64,000 nucleotides of DNA from Squalus acanthias (GCA_030390025.1 CM059432.1:62250001-62314000), one strand, 5' to 3'. Positions 50,250 to 63,335 are shown, counted from the first letter of the stretch. Program-made: numbers and translations. The notes: generated from the letters alone by a model not told the origin.

Positions 50250-53200
50250 AATTTTTTTTAGTTCTGTAAATCATTACCCAGGTCTCCTTAGAGTCCTGCT
50301 GCACCCTTCCCTCAACTAAGAAAGCAGAGGGAGAACCGTGGAACCTGTTCCCAGACCTAGGCACCGGCTTTGGACACGACAACGGCACACCCAGCTCAGT
50401 CGACCCTGCAAAGTCCTCTTCTCTAACATTTGGGGACTTGTGACAAAATTAGGAGAGCTGTCCCACAGACTAGTCAAGCAACAGCCTGACATAGTGATAC
50501 TCACAGAATCATACCTTTCAGCCAATGTCCCATCCCTGGGTATGTCCTGTTCCACCAGCAGGACAGACCCCCCCAGAGGTGGCGGCACAGCGGTATACAG
50601 TCAGGAAGGAGTGGCCCTGGGAGTTCTCAACATTGACTCCGGACCCCATGAAGTCTCATGACTTTAGGTCAAGCATAGGCAAGGAAACCTCCTGCTGATT
50701 ACCACCTACCATCCACCCTCAGCTAATGAAATCAGTACTTCTCCATGTTGATAACTACTTGGAAGAAGCACTGAGGGTAGCAAGGGCACAGAATGTACTC
50801 TGGGTGGGGGACTTCAATGTCCATCATCAAGAGTGGCTCAGTAGCACCACTACTGACCGAGCTGGCCAACTCCTGAAGGACATAGCTGCCAGACTGGGCC
50901 TGCGGCAGGTGGTAAGAGAACCAACACAAGGGAAAAACCTACTTGACATTGTCCTCACCAATCTACCTTTTGCAGATGCATCTGTCCATGACAGCATTGG
51001 TAGCAGTGAGCACCACACAATCATTGTGGAGACTAAGTCCTGTCTTCCCACTGAGGACACCCTCCATCGTGTTGTGTGGCACTGCTATTGTGCTAAATGG
51101 GATAGATTCAGAACAGATCTAGCAGCTCAAAACTGAGCATCCATGAGGCGTGTGGGCCAGCGGCAGCAGCAGCAGAATTGTATTCCGCCTCAATCTGTAA
51201 CCTCATGGCCCGGCATATCCTTCACTCTACCATTACCATCAAGCCAGGCGACCAACCCTGGTTCAATGAGGAGTGTAGAAGAGCATGCCAGGAGCAGCGC
51301 CAGGCGTACATAAAAATGAGGTGCCAAACTGGGGAAGCTGCAACACGGGACTACATGCATGCTAAATAGCGGAAGCAGCATGCTATAGACAGAGCTAAGT
51401 AATCTCACAACCAACTGATCAGATCAAAGCTCTGCAGTCCTGCCACATCCAGTCGTGAATGGTGGTGGACAATTAAACAACTAACGGGAGGAGGAGGCTC
51501 CATGAATATCCTCATCCTCAATGATGGCGGAGCCCAGCACACGAGTGCAAAAGACAAAGCTGAAGTGTTTGCAACCATCTTGAGCCAGAAGGGCCGAGTG
51601 GATGATCCATCTCGGCCTCCTTCTGAGGTCCCCACCATCACAGAAGCCAGTCTTCAGCCAATTCGCTTCACTTCGCTTCACTCCACGTGATAGTAAGAAA
51701 TGGCTGAGCGCACTGGATACAGTAAAGGCTATGGGCCCCAACAACATCCCGGCTGTGGCGCTGAAGACTTGTGCTCCAGAACTAGCTATGCCTCAAGCCA
51801 GTCTGTTCCAGTACATCAACAACACTGGCATCTACCCAACAATGTGGAAAACTGCCCAGTTACATCCTGTCCACAAAAAGCAGGACAAATCCAATCCAGC
51901 CAATTACAATCCGGCCAATTATTGCTCCATCAGTCTACTCTCAGTCATCAGCAAAGTGCTGAAAGGTGTCGTCGACAGCGCAATCAAGCGGCGCTTACCA
52001 ATAACCTGCTCACTGACACTCAGTTTGGGTTCCGCCAGGACCACTCGGCTCCAGACCTCATTACAGCCTTGGTCCAAACATGGACAGAAGAGCTGAATTC
52101 CAGAGGTGAGGTGAGAGTGACTGCCCTTGACATCAAGGCAGCATTTGACTGAGTGTGGCATCAAGGAGCCCTAGTAAAATTGAAGTCAATGGGAATCGGG
52201 GAAAACTCTGCACTGGCTGGAGTCATACCTAGCACAAATGAAGATGGTTGGTTGTTGGAGGTCAATCATCTCAGCCCTAGGACATTGCTGCAGGAGTGCC
52301 TCAGGGCAGTGTCCTTGGCCCAACCATCTTCAGCTGCTTCATCAATGGCCTTCCATAGAATCATAGAAATTTACAGCACAGAAGGAGGCCATTCAGCCCA
52401 TCTTGTCCGTGCCTGCCGACAAAGAGCTATCCACCCTAATCCCACTTTCCAGCACTTGGTCCGTAGCCTTGTAGGTTATGGCACTTCAAGTGCATATCCA
52501 AGTACTTTTTAAATATGATGAGGGTCTCTGCCTCTACCACCTTTTCAGGCAATGTGTTCCAGACCCCCAGCACCCTCTGGGTGAAAAAATGTCTCCTTAA
52601 ATCCCCTCTAAACCTCCAACCAATTACTTTAAATCTATGCCCCCTGGTTATTAACCTCTCTGCTAAGGGAAATAGGCCCTTCCTATCCACTCTATCTAGG
52701 CCCCTCATAATTTTATACACCTCAATTAGGTCTCCCCTCAGCCTCCTCTTTTCCAAAGAATACAACCCCAGTCTATCCAATCTTTCCTCATAGCTAAAAT
52801 TCCCCAGTCCCATCATAAGTTTAAAAGTGGGGATGTTTGCTGCTGATTGCACAGTGTTCAGTTCCATTTGCAACTCCTCAGATAATGAAGCAGCCCATGC
52901 CCACATGCAGCAAGACCTGGACAACATTCAGGGTTGGGCTGATAATTGGCAAGTAACATTCGCACTGCACAAGTGCCAGGCAATGACTATCTTCAACAAG
53001 ATTGAGTCTAACCACCTCCCCTTGACATTCAACGGCATTACCATCGCTGAACCCCCACCATCAACATCCTGGGGGTCACCATTGACCAGAAACTTAACTG
53101 GACCAGCCACATAAATACTGTGGCAACAAGAGCAGGTCAGAGGCTGGGTATTCTGCGACGAGTGTCTCACCACCTGACTCTACAAAGCCGTTCCACCATC

Positions 53201-53700
53201 TACAAGGCACAAGTCAGGAGTGTGATGGAATACTCTCCACTTGCCTGGATGAGTGCAGCTCCAACAACGCTCAAGAAGCTCGACACCATTCAGGACAAAG
53301 CAGCCTGCTTGATTGACACCCTATCCACCACCTTAAACATTTACTCCCTTCACCACCGGTGTACCATCTACAAGATGCACTGCAGCACCTCCCAAACCCG
53401 TGATCTCTACCACTTAGAAGGACAAGGTCAGCAGGCGCATGGGAACACCATCACCTCCAATTTCCCCTCCAAGTCACACACCATCCTGACTTGGAAATAT
53501 ATCGCCGTTCCTTTATCATCGTTGGGTCAAAATCCTGGAACTCCCTCCCTAACAGCGCTGTGGGAGTACCTTCACTACACAGACTGAAGTGGTTCAAGAA
53601 GGTGGCTCACTACCACCTTCTCCAGGGCAATTAGGGCTGGATAATAAATGCTGGCCTTGCCAGCGACGGCCACATCCGAGGAATGAATTTTAAAAAAAAG
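50250..53700 (+). mobile_element. Non-LTR retrotransposon with APE endonuclease and RT (CR1/L2 supergroup, clade unresolved)
   Basis: NIWGL..K..EL...PDIVILTES, WVGDFNVHH, KAMGPNNIP, QFGFR, ALDIKAAFD, FAADCT, VRSVMEYS; tail AATAAATGCTGGCCTTGCCAGC. Many stop codons. Confidence 0.85.
52354..52808 (-). mobile_element. CR1 3' fragment nested in the 50250 LINE
   Basis: SYEERLDRLGLYSLEKRRLRGDLIEVYKI; CATAGAAT tail. Confidence 0.85.
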
Positions 53701-53929
53701 CCTTGGGCTGCTGTTGCATGATGAGGCAAGTGAAAGCAGCAGCACAAATTGATTTGACATTTTTTCTCTCTGCCTCTCAAGACAGCCTCAGACATTCATT
53801 GTGTGAGTAGAACCCATGCCCTGCCACTGTGTGGTCAGTGTGTTAGTGCATTAATACATTGAATTACTTAACTAGATTTTTTTGGGGCAGTTGTGTTTAA
53901 GAAGTTCTTTCAGCTCATTTAGTGTAATC

Positions 53930-54460
53930 CAACAACAACAACTTGCATTGATCTAGTGCCTTTAACGTAGTAAAATATCCCAAGGCACTTCACAGGAGCA
54001 TAATCAGACAAAAATTGACACCGAGCCAAAGGAGACATTAGGACAGTTGACCAAAACACTTGGCCAAAGAGGTAAGTTTTAAGCAGCGTCTTGAAGCAGG
54101 AGAGAGATGACAAGACGAAGAGGTTTTGGGAGGGAATTCGAGAGTTGGGGCCGAGGCGGCTGAAGGCACGACTGCCACGTGGAATTTGAACACGTGGATG
54201 AGAATTTTAAAATTGAGGCGTTGGACCGGGAGCCAATGTTGGTCAGTGAGCACAGAGGTGATGGGTGAATGGGACTTGGTGTGAGTTAGGATACGGGCAG
54301 CAGTGTTTTGGATGAGCTTAACTTTATGGAGGGTGGAAGATGGGAGGCCAGCAGGGGAGCATTAGCAGTCGAGTCTGGAGGTAACTAAAGCATAGATGAG
54401 TTTCAGCAGTGCATCAACTGAGGCAGGGGCGGAGACTGGCGCTATTATGGAGTTGGAAGT
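53930..54460 (-). mobile_element. L2 LINE 3' fragment
   Basis: HWLPVQRLNFKILI; tail ending CAAGTTGTTGTTG. Confidence 0.8.
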
Positions 54461-54468
54461 ATCCAAAG

Positions 54469-54612
54469 CAATGTTCTCTGTAAGCTGTGCATTGTTCTGC
54501 GCGGCCTGTTTAATGCACGGTCCCTTTAAATTTGTGCATGCACAATATTTATAATGTAAAAACCGGTGAGCCGCCTACGCGGGACCTTGCAGATGACTGC
54601 GTGGGAACATTG
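54469..54612. mobile_element. hAT-type MITE, 144 bp
   Basis: CAATGTTC...GAACATTG TIRs; perfect 8-bp TSD ATCCAAAG. Confidence 0.85.
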
Positions 54613-55809
54613 ATCCAAAGACAGTTATTTTTATTATATTTGATTTGATTCCAAGTGCAATTTCTTGTGTTCAAAGGTATTTCAGGAGCCACGTTTCATT
54701 TCACAAATGTTCTACGTTAGAAATGGTTGTTGGTTGACACAGTAGATTGTACTTTGGCCTTTTACTTTTTGACCTGGATTCAAAGTCAGAACCGAACAAC
54801 GGAATGGAAATCTCCTTTCTCTTCTGACTGCAAGGGAAACTATATAAAATGAGCTTGAGCAGTCTTATTCTAGTTCCTAGTGAGCATGAGCAGTATCACA
54901 AGGCCATATGATGGTTGTTGAAAATGAATAAAAGAGGTGCACTCATGCAGATGGGGTGGCTTTTGAGATAGGAGCTGTGGCACATTGTTGAAGCAGAGTA
55001 GAGGGAGTTTAATCGCTGAATTTAACCCTGAATGTCTGGAAGTGTTTGGTGCTGATTCTAGATACCTGAAAAGGATTTTTTTCTATTCCCAATATTAATT
55101 TTCTTTTGACACTAATATTCCTCACTCTAATTGGCACAAAAAATGGTTACAAACTTGTACTCTTTGAATATATTTTTAGTAGGATAGTTTGCAACAATAT
55201 GACAATAAAAAGGTTGTATTTTTAAAATTCTAATGCATCCGAATACTTAAATTGCCTTACCTGCTCTGCCAGTCATATTACTGAGTGACCAAGTCATCAC
55301 ATTTAGAGAGGAGTCCAAACACCAAAATTAGGCATTAAGATAGATATCTTAAATATATACAGTCCTAGATATAGTGAAAGCTCTAACAGTGTTTAGGTGA
55401 TTTTAGAAGCTGAAGCCAGGTCACCAGAGCATGTCAGTTAGACACCTTTGTGTGATGATTGTGTGAACCATTGCAAGCTTACTATGCTAATATCTTGACT
55501 TGTTTTTGTGCTCTTAAGTTTTGAATATGCTTAGATTTAAAACATAAGGTTTTAAATATTTAAGTATTGGTGTGCTAGTATTATCACTATCACTGCCTGA
55601 GAATAATAAAAAGTGCACACCATCACTTAAACTAGGATCACAATTTTCAGTGAGTGAACTGCAGTTGGGTGCTACTGTACCCTGGCTCTGCCTGGCAATG
55701 TTTAGTGAGGGGCACTAGACTCTTCTTGCATCTGCTACAGTACATTCTCAATTTAGTTAAAACATTTTTTAATGAGGACTCACTTTTAAAAAATGACAAA
55801 ACTACTGTA

Positions 55810-55815
55810 TTTATT
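55810..55815 (-). terminator. Candidate CEBPD poly(A) signal AATAAA
   Basis: TTTATT on + (AATAAA on -), about 770 nt downstream of the stop, after an AU-rich UTR. Confidence 0.55.
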
Positions 55816-56582
55816 TTAAAGGTGCCAATATTTTCTGAATGACGTCTTAGCTTGCAGTAGAGACTCCTTCTAGTTCTGTTTAATCCGACAACGTATATAA
55901 AGCATAAATTATGATCTGGTACCTAATGAGAATCGGGAACCTAGCTCCTGTAAAGTTGGAGAGCTTCTCGTTACTGCATTCCGATATGGCATGTGGTCAA
56001 TAAATGATCTTGCATTTAGATTAAAAAAAATAAACTTGGGCTGGGCGAGTTATCTATTCACGTGCTCTCTGTTACACTATGACTCAGCAAAGCGCACGAT
56101 ATCCTGCCATCTGAAAATTTTCCATTCACCTTTTGTTTCGCTCTGCCCAACCCTGCAGAACACAGGTGTTCAACAAATCCACCGCACAAACTAACAGAAG
56201 GTTTGACGTATTTAATGATTCTTTTCATAAAAACGAAATACAGTTATTTTATAAAACAAACGCCATCCATGCTCTATCAACCATTTTGACTAAAAAGTGA
56301 AAAATATAAAGTTCATAATCATGGCATATAAATGTACCTTAGTTGCATTAATGCATTTAGGAGTATAGAAAATTAGAATTATAAAAAAATAATTTAAGGA
56401 ACGTTCAGCCCTTGTTGCTATGGCAAAGTTTTTAAGGCAGTCTGCAACAAGTTTCAAGAGTTCAGAACTCCCACAGAAAAATCTACGAATTTCTAAGTTC
56501 ACAGTACTTGCTACAAAATTATTGATTCTTTGGTTGAGGTATCAGGTCTATTAAATGTTTCTTTTTAAGCTTTGTTCAAGAG

Positions 56583-57470
56583 TCACCGACAGTCTGCACT
56601 TGCATTGAGGAATGATGCCGCGTTAGGCTGTTGTTCAAAAAAGTTCCTCAGAATCGCAAGTTCCCTCGACAACTGGTCGATTTTTTTGTGCAAACGATCG
56701 TTCTCGGCGTTGAGCTCCATCACTTTCTGCTGCATCTCCACATTACGCTGTTTCGCTTTATCTCTGCTCTTTCTGACAGCGATGTTATTCCTCTCTCTCC
56801 TCTGCCGGTACTCGGAGCTTTGTCGGTCTACGGACTTCTTGTTCTTTTCCTTCCCGGATGCCGATCTACCGTGGGGATTTGACGAGCTGGGCTCCGGGCT
56901 AGTAGGAGGGGTAGGCTGGCCTGTGGGCAAATGCACGGTGGTCTGTGCACAGGCTGCAATCTGAGTGTGCAGGGACGTTTCCATGTTTTCATCCCTTTCT
57001 TCCTTAACCACCACTTTCGATAAGTCCAGTCGTTGATCGTAGCTGTTCCGCAGTTGATTGGTGAAAAGCCCCCTGTCGGAGCGGTTACCTGTTGAGGCAG
57101 GTACACCAGTGACAGAGTGCATCATCGAACTGGCTGTAGGAGGCAGATAGCCATACTCGGGTTGAGATTTGTCTGCTTTGTTGGTGCTGGCGAACAGGTC
57201 TGCTAACAAGTCGTCGTTGTAGAGCTCCAGCTGAGAGCCTGTCACCGGCTCCACCACATAGGGGCTGAAATCAATGGCAGTCTCGTCGTCGTAGATGTCA
57301 CCTGCCGGGTTCAAGTCAACCAGGTCGGCTCTTTCCTCGCACATCCCCCGGCTCGGCTTGGCCAACGACACCCCACCGCTGACGCCCTCGTAGAAATTAG
57401 CTGGCTCCAGGGGAAACAGGGGGAAGCATGGCGAGACGCAGCGTGAATCCAGGTTGTACAGGTTACTCAT
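56583..57470 (-). CDS. CEBPD: CCAAT/enhancer-binding protein delta, intronless, 295 aa
   Basis: MSNLYNLDSRCVSP...EPANFYE start; DDETAIDFSPY and LLADLF activation boxes; CAQTTVHL and TPPTSPEP; bZIP EYRQRRERNNIAVRKSRDKAKQRN...LNAENDRLHKKIDQLSREL. Convergent with SPIDR, as in mammals. Confidence 0.96.
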   Translation of the reverse strand: MSNLYNLDSRCVSPCFPLFPLEPANFYEGVSGGVSLAKPSRGMCEERADLVDLNPAGDIYDDETAIDFSPYVVEPVTGSQLELYNDDLLADLFASTNKADKSQPEYGYLPPTASSMMHSVTGVPASTGNRSDRGLFTNQLRNSYDQRLDLSKVVVKEERDENMETSLHTQIAACAQTTVHLPTGQPTPPTSPEPSSSNPHGRSASGKEKNKKSVDRQSSEYRQRRERNNIAVRKSRDKAKQRNVEMQQKVMELNAENDRLHKKIDQLSRELAILRNFFEQQPNAASFLNASADCR

Positions 57471-57575
57471 GAAGGGGCTGGTTTTCGGGATCAGGGTTTG
57501 CAAGAAGTTTAGCCAGGCAATCAACAGCTGACGTTTGCACCGGGCGATTGACGGGCTCCGCGCCGCCCGCGCCAC

Positions 57576-57809
57576 TTTATACCCACCTCGCGTGCGTCAC
57601 TCAGCCAATCTGCATAGAATGGGGCGGGGTCCCGTCAGGCCCCGCCCACACATCTATCCAGGCCCCTGGGACCAGCGCGAGCGAATTGGCGCTCAGGCTG
57701 CAGCCAGTGCCGGCGGGGAGATTATTAAAGGGCTTGGTGCAGGTACCTGGGGAAGAACTATAGGCTCTTCATACATATGCGCTAAATGCAAAAGTTTGTT
57801 TTCGGGGAA
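57576..57809 (-). promoter_or_regulatory. CEBPD proximal promoter
   Basis: TATAAA (-) 57576-57581; CRE/ATF-like TGACGCA (-) 57593-57599; CCAAT 57605-57609; GC boxes GGGGCGGGG 57621-57629 and CCCCGCCC near 57640; GAS-type TTCGGGGAA 57801-57809; CpG-rich. Confidence 0.75.
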
Positions 57810-58399
57810 ACATTTGAGCAATTCCATTTTTAGCGAAAATTAAACACTGCCCTTTGGCTGGACAGTAGCTAATCGACGTAAAAGTGTTGGGATTAAAGAC
57901 TTTTAAGCAAACCGCCATCTAATGCAGGTATGTGCAGGAGAGATTCCAGTTTTTCTGGTGCTTTCCTTTTCACGGAGTAATCACGTGCTGTGTTATTAAG
58001 AGAACCAGTTCCCAGTGGACTTGCTGTTTTTCTCATTCGTGCTTGGTTAGATAACTTATTCTAGAAACTTCAGCGCCCTCCTCAGTCCCAAGTGACACAA
58101 GAAAGTAGAACGATTGGAGTATTTATTTATTCTGCGATTTATCTGAATGTGTACTTCATGCAACATCAAATCCTCACACAATATGAGTTAGAAGAGTAAA
58201 CAAAACTTAGTCTGATGTTGGACTATTTTTATTACTAAACTACACCTCTCCAAAAGAACCAGGCACACAATATATAACTTCTCAGCTGTTTGGGAACATT
58301 TACTGCTTCAACGTGAAAACATTCGATTTCGGGCAGTCAGTAAACTACCCCAAGCGCTCTAGTAGGACATAGTGGGAGAAGCATACAGTAATAGTAAGC

Positions 58400-61300
58400 C
58401 TTCCACCACTTGCCCCGCCCAGACCGCCAGTGTGGCTCTCATCACCAAATCACACCTTGGTCTGTCCCTGTACTCCTGGTACTTTCTCCTCCTTTGAGCA
58501 TCTCGCCTTATTCCACCCCTCTCACCTCACATTTAAAATTCTCGTTCTCTATCGTCCACCCAAGTACCGATAAAAATGTTATCACCGAGATATCTTCACC
58601 GCTTTCCCCCCTCAGCCTGTGCACCGAGCAACTTCTCATCCTCGGTGATTTCAACCTCCATCTCAATTCATCATGCTCTCTCTCCTGAGTTCACCACCCT
58701 TCTATCCTCAATCTCTGCCTCCATGTGAACTCCCCAATCCATATTCACGAACACCCCCTTGACCTTGCCATCTCTCGTGGCTTTGCTGCTCCCACTGGGT
58801 CAATTGCAGATAAGGCCATCAATGACCACTTCCTTGTATTGCTCTCCACCCACATCCCCCTTCCGTCACCCAACCCTACTTCTGTGTCCACCCCTGGAAA
58901 AAACTCTCTCCCAACTCTCTTACAACTGCACTTATGAAATCCCAACTGTCCAGCCTTTGGCCCTCCATTCACCATGATATTTCTGCAGCTACCGATCTGC
59001 TCAACCACACCCTCACCACCACCTTTGATGCCCTAGTCCCTATTAAAACCAATATTCTCTCTCACCCTAGTCGTTCCCCCTGGTACGGCCCTCATCTTCG
59101 CTCCCTCAAGTCCAAGGGATGCAGACTTGAACGGATCTGGCGGACAACTGGTTTAGCCATTCACCGCCAGATCTAACTGGACCACATAAAGCATCATCAG
59201 CTCCTACTCGTCTGCCAAAACTGCTCACTATTCCAGGATCATTCTGGAATGCAAAGATAACCCCCAGCTATTATTCTCTACTGCTAATTGTCTTCTTAAA
59301 CCCCTCTCCCCTGTCTCCTCCACACTCACCAACAACAAGGAGCTCATTAACTTCTTTGTCTCTAAGAGCGAGACCATCCAATCAGCTACCTCACCACCAC
59401 TTCTCTCGACCCCTCCACAGTCTCTGAACTGTCAGACTGCTAGTCCGACATCCAGTACTGGATGAGCAGAAATTTGCTCCAATTAAATATTGGGAAGACC
59501 GAAGCCATTGTTTTCGGTCCCCGCCACAAACTCCGTTCCCTAACCACCGACTCCATCTCTCTCCGTACCATCTGTCTGAGGCTGAACCAGACTGTTCAAA
59601 CCTTGGTGTCATATTTGACCCTGAAATGAGCTTCCGACCACATATCCGCAGCATAACTAAGACCGCCTATTTCCACCTCCGTAACGTTGCCCGTCTCTGC
59701 CCCTGGCTCAGCTCATCCGCTGCTGAAACCCTCATCCATGCCTTTGTTATCTCTAGACTTGACTATTCCAACGCACTCCTGGCTGGCCTACCACATGCTA
59801 CCCTACGTAAACTTGAGGTCATCCAAAACTCAGCTGCCCATGTCCTAACTCACACCAAGTCCCGTTCACCCATTTACCCCTGTGCTCGCTGAACTACATT
59901 GGCTCCCGGTTAAGCAACGCCTCAATTTCAAAATTCTCATCCTTGTTTTCAAATCCCCCCCATGGCTTCACCCCTCCCTATCTCTGTTATCTCCTTCAGC
60001 CACACAACTCCCACCCCCCGCCCGAGATCTGCGCTCCTCAAATTCTGCCTTCTTGAGCAGCCCTGATTTTAATTGCTCAACCATAGGCAGCCGTGCCGTC
60101 AGCTGCCAAGGCCCTAAGCTTTGGAATCCCCTGCCTAAACCTCTCCATCTCTCTTTCCTCCTTTAAGATGCTCCTTAAAACCCATCTCTTTGACCATCTG
60201 CCATAATGGTCATCTGCCCTAATTTCTTCTTATGTGGCTCGGTGTTAAATTTTTGACTTATAATGCTCCTGTGAAGCACCTTGAGATGTTTTCTTCTTCT
60301 TAGGCAGTCCCTCGGAACCGAGTATGACTTGCTTCCACACTAAAAATGAGTTCTCAGGTGACTGATGAGTCCAATGCGGGACCTACAGTCTCTGTCATAG
60401 GTGGGGCAGACGGTGGTTGAAGGGGCAGGTGGGTGGGGTGCTTGGGTTGATGTGCACTCCTTCCGCTGTTTGCGCTTGGCTTCCGCTTGCTCCTGGCGAA
60501 GAGACTGGAGGTGTTCAGCGTCTTCCCAGATGCTTCTCCTCCACTTTGTGCGGTCTTGGGCCAGGGATTCCCAGGTGTCGGTGGGATGTTGCACTTTTTC
60601 AAGGAGGCTTTGAGGGTGTCCTTGAAGCATTTCCTCTGCCCACCTGGGGCTCTCTTGACGTGTCGGAGCTCCGAGTAGAGCGCTTGTTTTGGGAGTCTCG
60701 TATCGGGCATGCGGACGATGTGGCCCGTCCATCGGAGCTGATCGAGCGTGGTCAAAGCTTCGATGCTGGGGATGTTGGCCTGAGCGAGAACACTGACATT
60801 GGTGCGCCTATCCTGCCAATGGATTTGCAGGATCTTGCGGAGGCAGTGTTGGTGGTACCTCTCCAGTGCTTTGAGGTGCCTGCTGTACATGGTCCATGTC
60901 TCTGAAGCATACAGGAGGGCGGGTATCACTACTGCTCTGTAGACCATGAGCTTGGTGCTGGGTTTGAGGTCCTGGTCTTCAAACACTCTCTTCCTCAGGC
61001 GACCGAAGGCTGCACTGGCACACTGAAGGCGGTGTTGGACTTCGTCATCGACGTCTGCCCTTGTTGACAGTAGGCTCTCGAGGTATGGAAAGTGGTCCAC
61101 GTTGTCCAAGGCCTCGTCATGGATTTTGATAATCGGGGAGCAGTACTGTGTGGCGGGGGCAGGTTGGTAGAGGACCTTTGTCTTACGGATGTTTAGTGTA
61201 AGGCCTATGCACTCGTACGCTTCGGTGAAGGTGTTGAAGATGGTTTGGAGTTCGGCCTCAGAGTGTGCGCAGACGCAAGCGTCGTGTGCATACTGTAATT

Positions 61301-61577
61301 CGATGACAGAGGATGGGATGACCTTGGATCTGGGCTGGAGGTGACGGAGGTTGAACAGTTTCCCGTTCTGTAGATTAGCTTACTGAGGGCGAGATGGAGC
61401 ATTGCAGCCAGGAAGATCGAGAAGAGCATTGGTGTGATGACACAGCCTTGCTTGACCCTGGTCCGTACATGAATTGGGTCTGTGGTGGATCCATTGGTCA
61501 AGATCACGGCTTGCATGTCGTTGTGAAGCATGCTTTACCACGTTAAAGGCACTATATAAATACAAGTTGTTGTTGTA
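58400..61577 (+). mobile_element. L2 LINE (internally deleted) whose 3' tail is split by an RTE insertion
   Basis: ILGDFNLH, AYFHLRNVARL...SRLDYSN, LHWLPVKQR. The tail stops at ~60290 and resumes at ~61531 (ACGTTAAAGGCACTATATAAATACAAGTTGTTG). Confidence 0.8.
60291..61530 (-). mobile_element. RTE-clade LINE 3' portion
   Basis: VKQGCVI.P.LFSIF, HFPYL.S, AVVIPALLYASETWT, LRWTGHIVRMPDTRLPKQALYSEL, C-terminal C..CRSRIGLISHLRTH; (AAG)n tail. Confidence 0.9.
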
Positions 61578-61684
61578 TATAACCTCTGATTTAATACAAT
61601 CGGAGTCATTGTAGAATAACAGATCAACCAAAAACAAATATTGTTTCCATATAAAATAATATATATTGGATAAGAAATTAGCTG

Positions 61685-63335
61685 AAAGAAAGAACTTGCA
61701 TTTATATAGCACCTAATCATGACCATGGGACATCCCAAAGTACTTTACAGCCAATGGATTACTTTTAAAGTGCAGTCACTTATTATTTAGACAAATACAG
61801 CAATGTGTGTGTGGCAAGGTCCTACAAACAGACGTACTACTCTACCTTTCCGCAGCATTCAACACAGTATCCTCTTCTAATGCCTTTCTAATGTCTAGCT
61901 CCTTGGGATTACCTTTCCATGGTTCCATTCCTATCCAAGGCAACCAATGCATCCCTCACCAGCACTGTCACCTATTGGGTCCCCCAGGGATCTATCATCG
62001 GCCCACCCTCCTCTTATCTATATTTCTTCTTGGAAACATCTGCTGCCACTTTACTTCCGTTTGTACACTGCATTTCTACCTCTCCATCACTACTGTCAAC
62101 CCCTCAACAGCCTCCTCTTACTATCAGACTATCTGTCAGACATCCAGTCTTGGATGAGTCACAACTTCCTGTAGCTCAACATCAGGAAGACTTTGACACT
62201 ATCACAAACTCTTCCCTTGCCATCCTCTACCAGCCACATTGTCAGGTTGAAGCAGACCATTTGTACATTTGCTGTTTTATTTGATGCTGAATGGAGCTTT
62301 AAACTCCAGGTCCTATCTGACAACAAGGCTGCTTTATTTACACCTCTCAACATTGCCTGTTTCCACCATGTATACATGCCTTGGTCACCTCCAGACATGA
62401 CTATGCTAATATTTTTCTTGCTGGCCTCCCATTCTCCATAAGCTCCCAACTTATTCAGCGCTGCCACACATATTCTGTCTTGCACCAAGTCATATGGGTA
62501 GGCATGATTGCTCACCAGTCATGTCCTCGCTGACTTATACTGGTGGTTCTTTGTCTCCCAACATAGTGCATTCAAAATCCATATCTTCTATAAATCTCTC
62601 CGTAGCTTTGCTCCACCCTATATCTTCAATTCCCTCTCGCCCTACATCCCACCCCAAATGCTTTGTGCCTCTTACTCCGCCTTCTGTGCACCCCGATCTC
62701 ATCATTGGTAGTAGAGCTTTCAGCCACCTCAGTTCTATTCTTTGAAACTCCCTCTCTAAGCCTCCTCAAAACCTATCTCTTTGGCCAACTTTCAGTTACG
62801 CCTTGTAATCTATCCCTATCTGGCTTAGTGTCCATTTTTCATATGTCTCTTGAAGCACCTTGGGGAGTTTCTTTATGATAAAGGCACTAAATAAATGCAA
62901 GTTGTAGAATGACCATATGATCTGTTTTTGCCGATTTTGGTTAAGGGATGAATGTCGGCCAGGACGCTGGAAGGACTGCCTGCTTTTCTTTGAATAATGC
63001 CATTGGGTCTTTTGTATCCATTTAACCAAGTAGACAAGCCATCAGTTTTAACATCTCAATTCAAAGATGGCATTCAAATAATGCAGCACTCCCTCAGTAC
63101 TGCACTGAAGTGTCAGCCTAGATGAGAATAGGTTGCATAAACTTGAAGCTAAGGCGGGTAAATGGAATTGATGTACAGGTTAGCCATGATCTAATTGAAT
63201 GGTGGAGCTGGCTCGAGGGGCTGAATGGTCTACTATTCCTATGTTCCTAGAGTATGTGCTGAAGTCTATAGTGGGGCTTTAACCCAGGCCTTTCTGACTC
63301 GGAGGTGAGAGTGCCGACAATTGAACCAAGCTATC
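61685..63335 (-). mobile_element. DeuSINE-like SINE broken by L2 and CR1-tail insertions
   Basis: Tail at 61685-61830, core at 62910-63120, tRNA-like head at 63250-63335. Confidence 0.65.
61832..62908 (+). mobile_element. Degenerate L2 3' fragment inserted in a SINE
   Basis: VPQGSIIGP, LSDIQSWMSHNFL; tail AAAGGCACTAAATAAATGCAAGTTG. Confidence 0.7.

Noticed and set aside
57471..57575. 35-aa N-terminal extension of CEBPD in the ORF track
   Set aside because: It starts at a GTG abutting the TATA box, upstream of the expected transcription start. The ATG at 57470 matches the family N-terminus.
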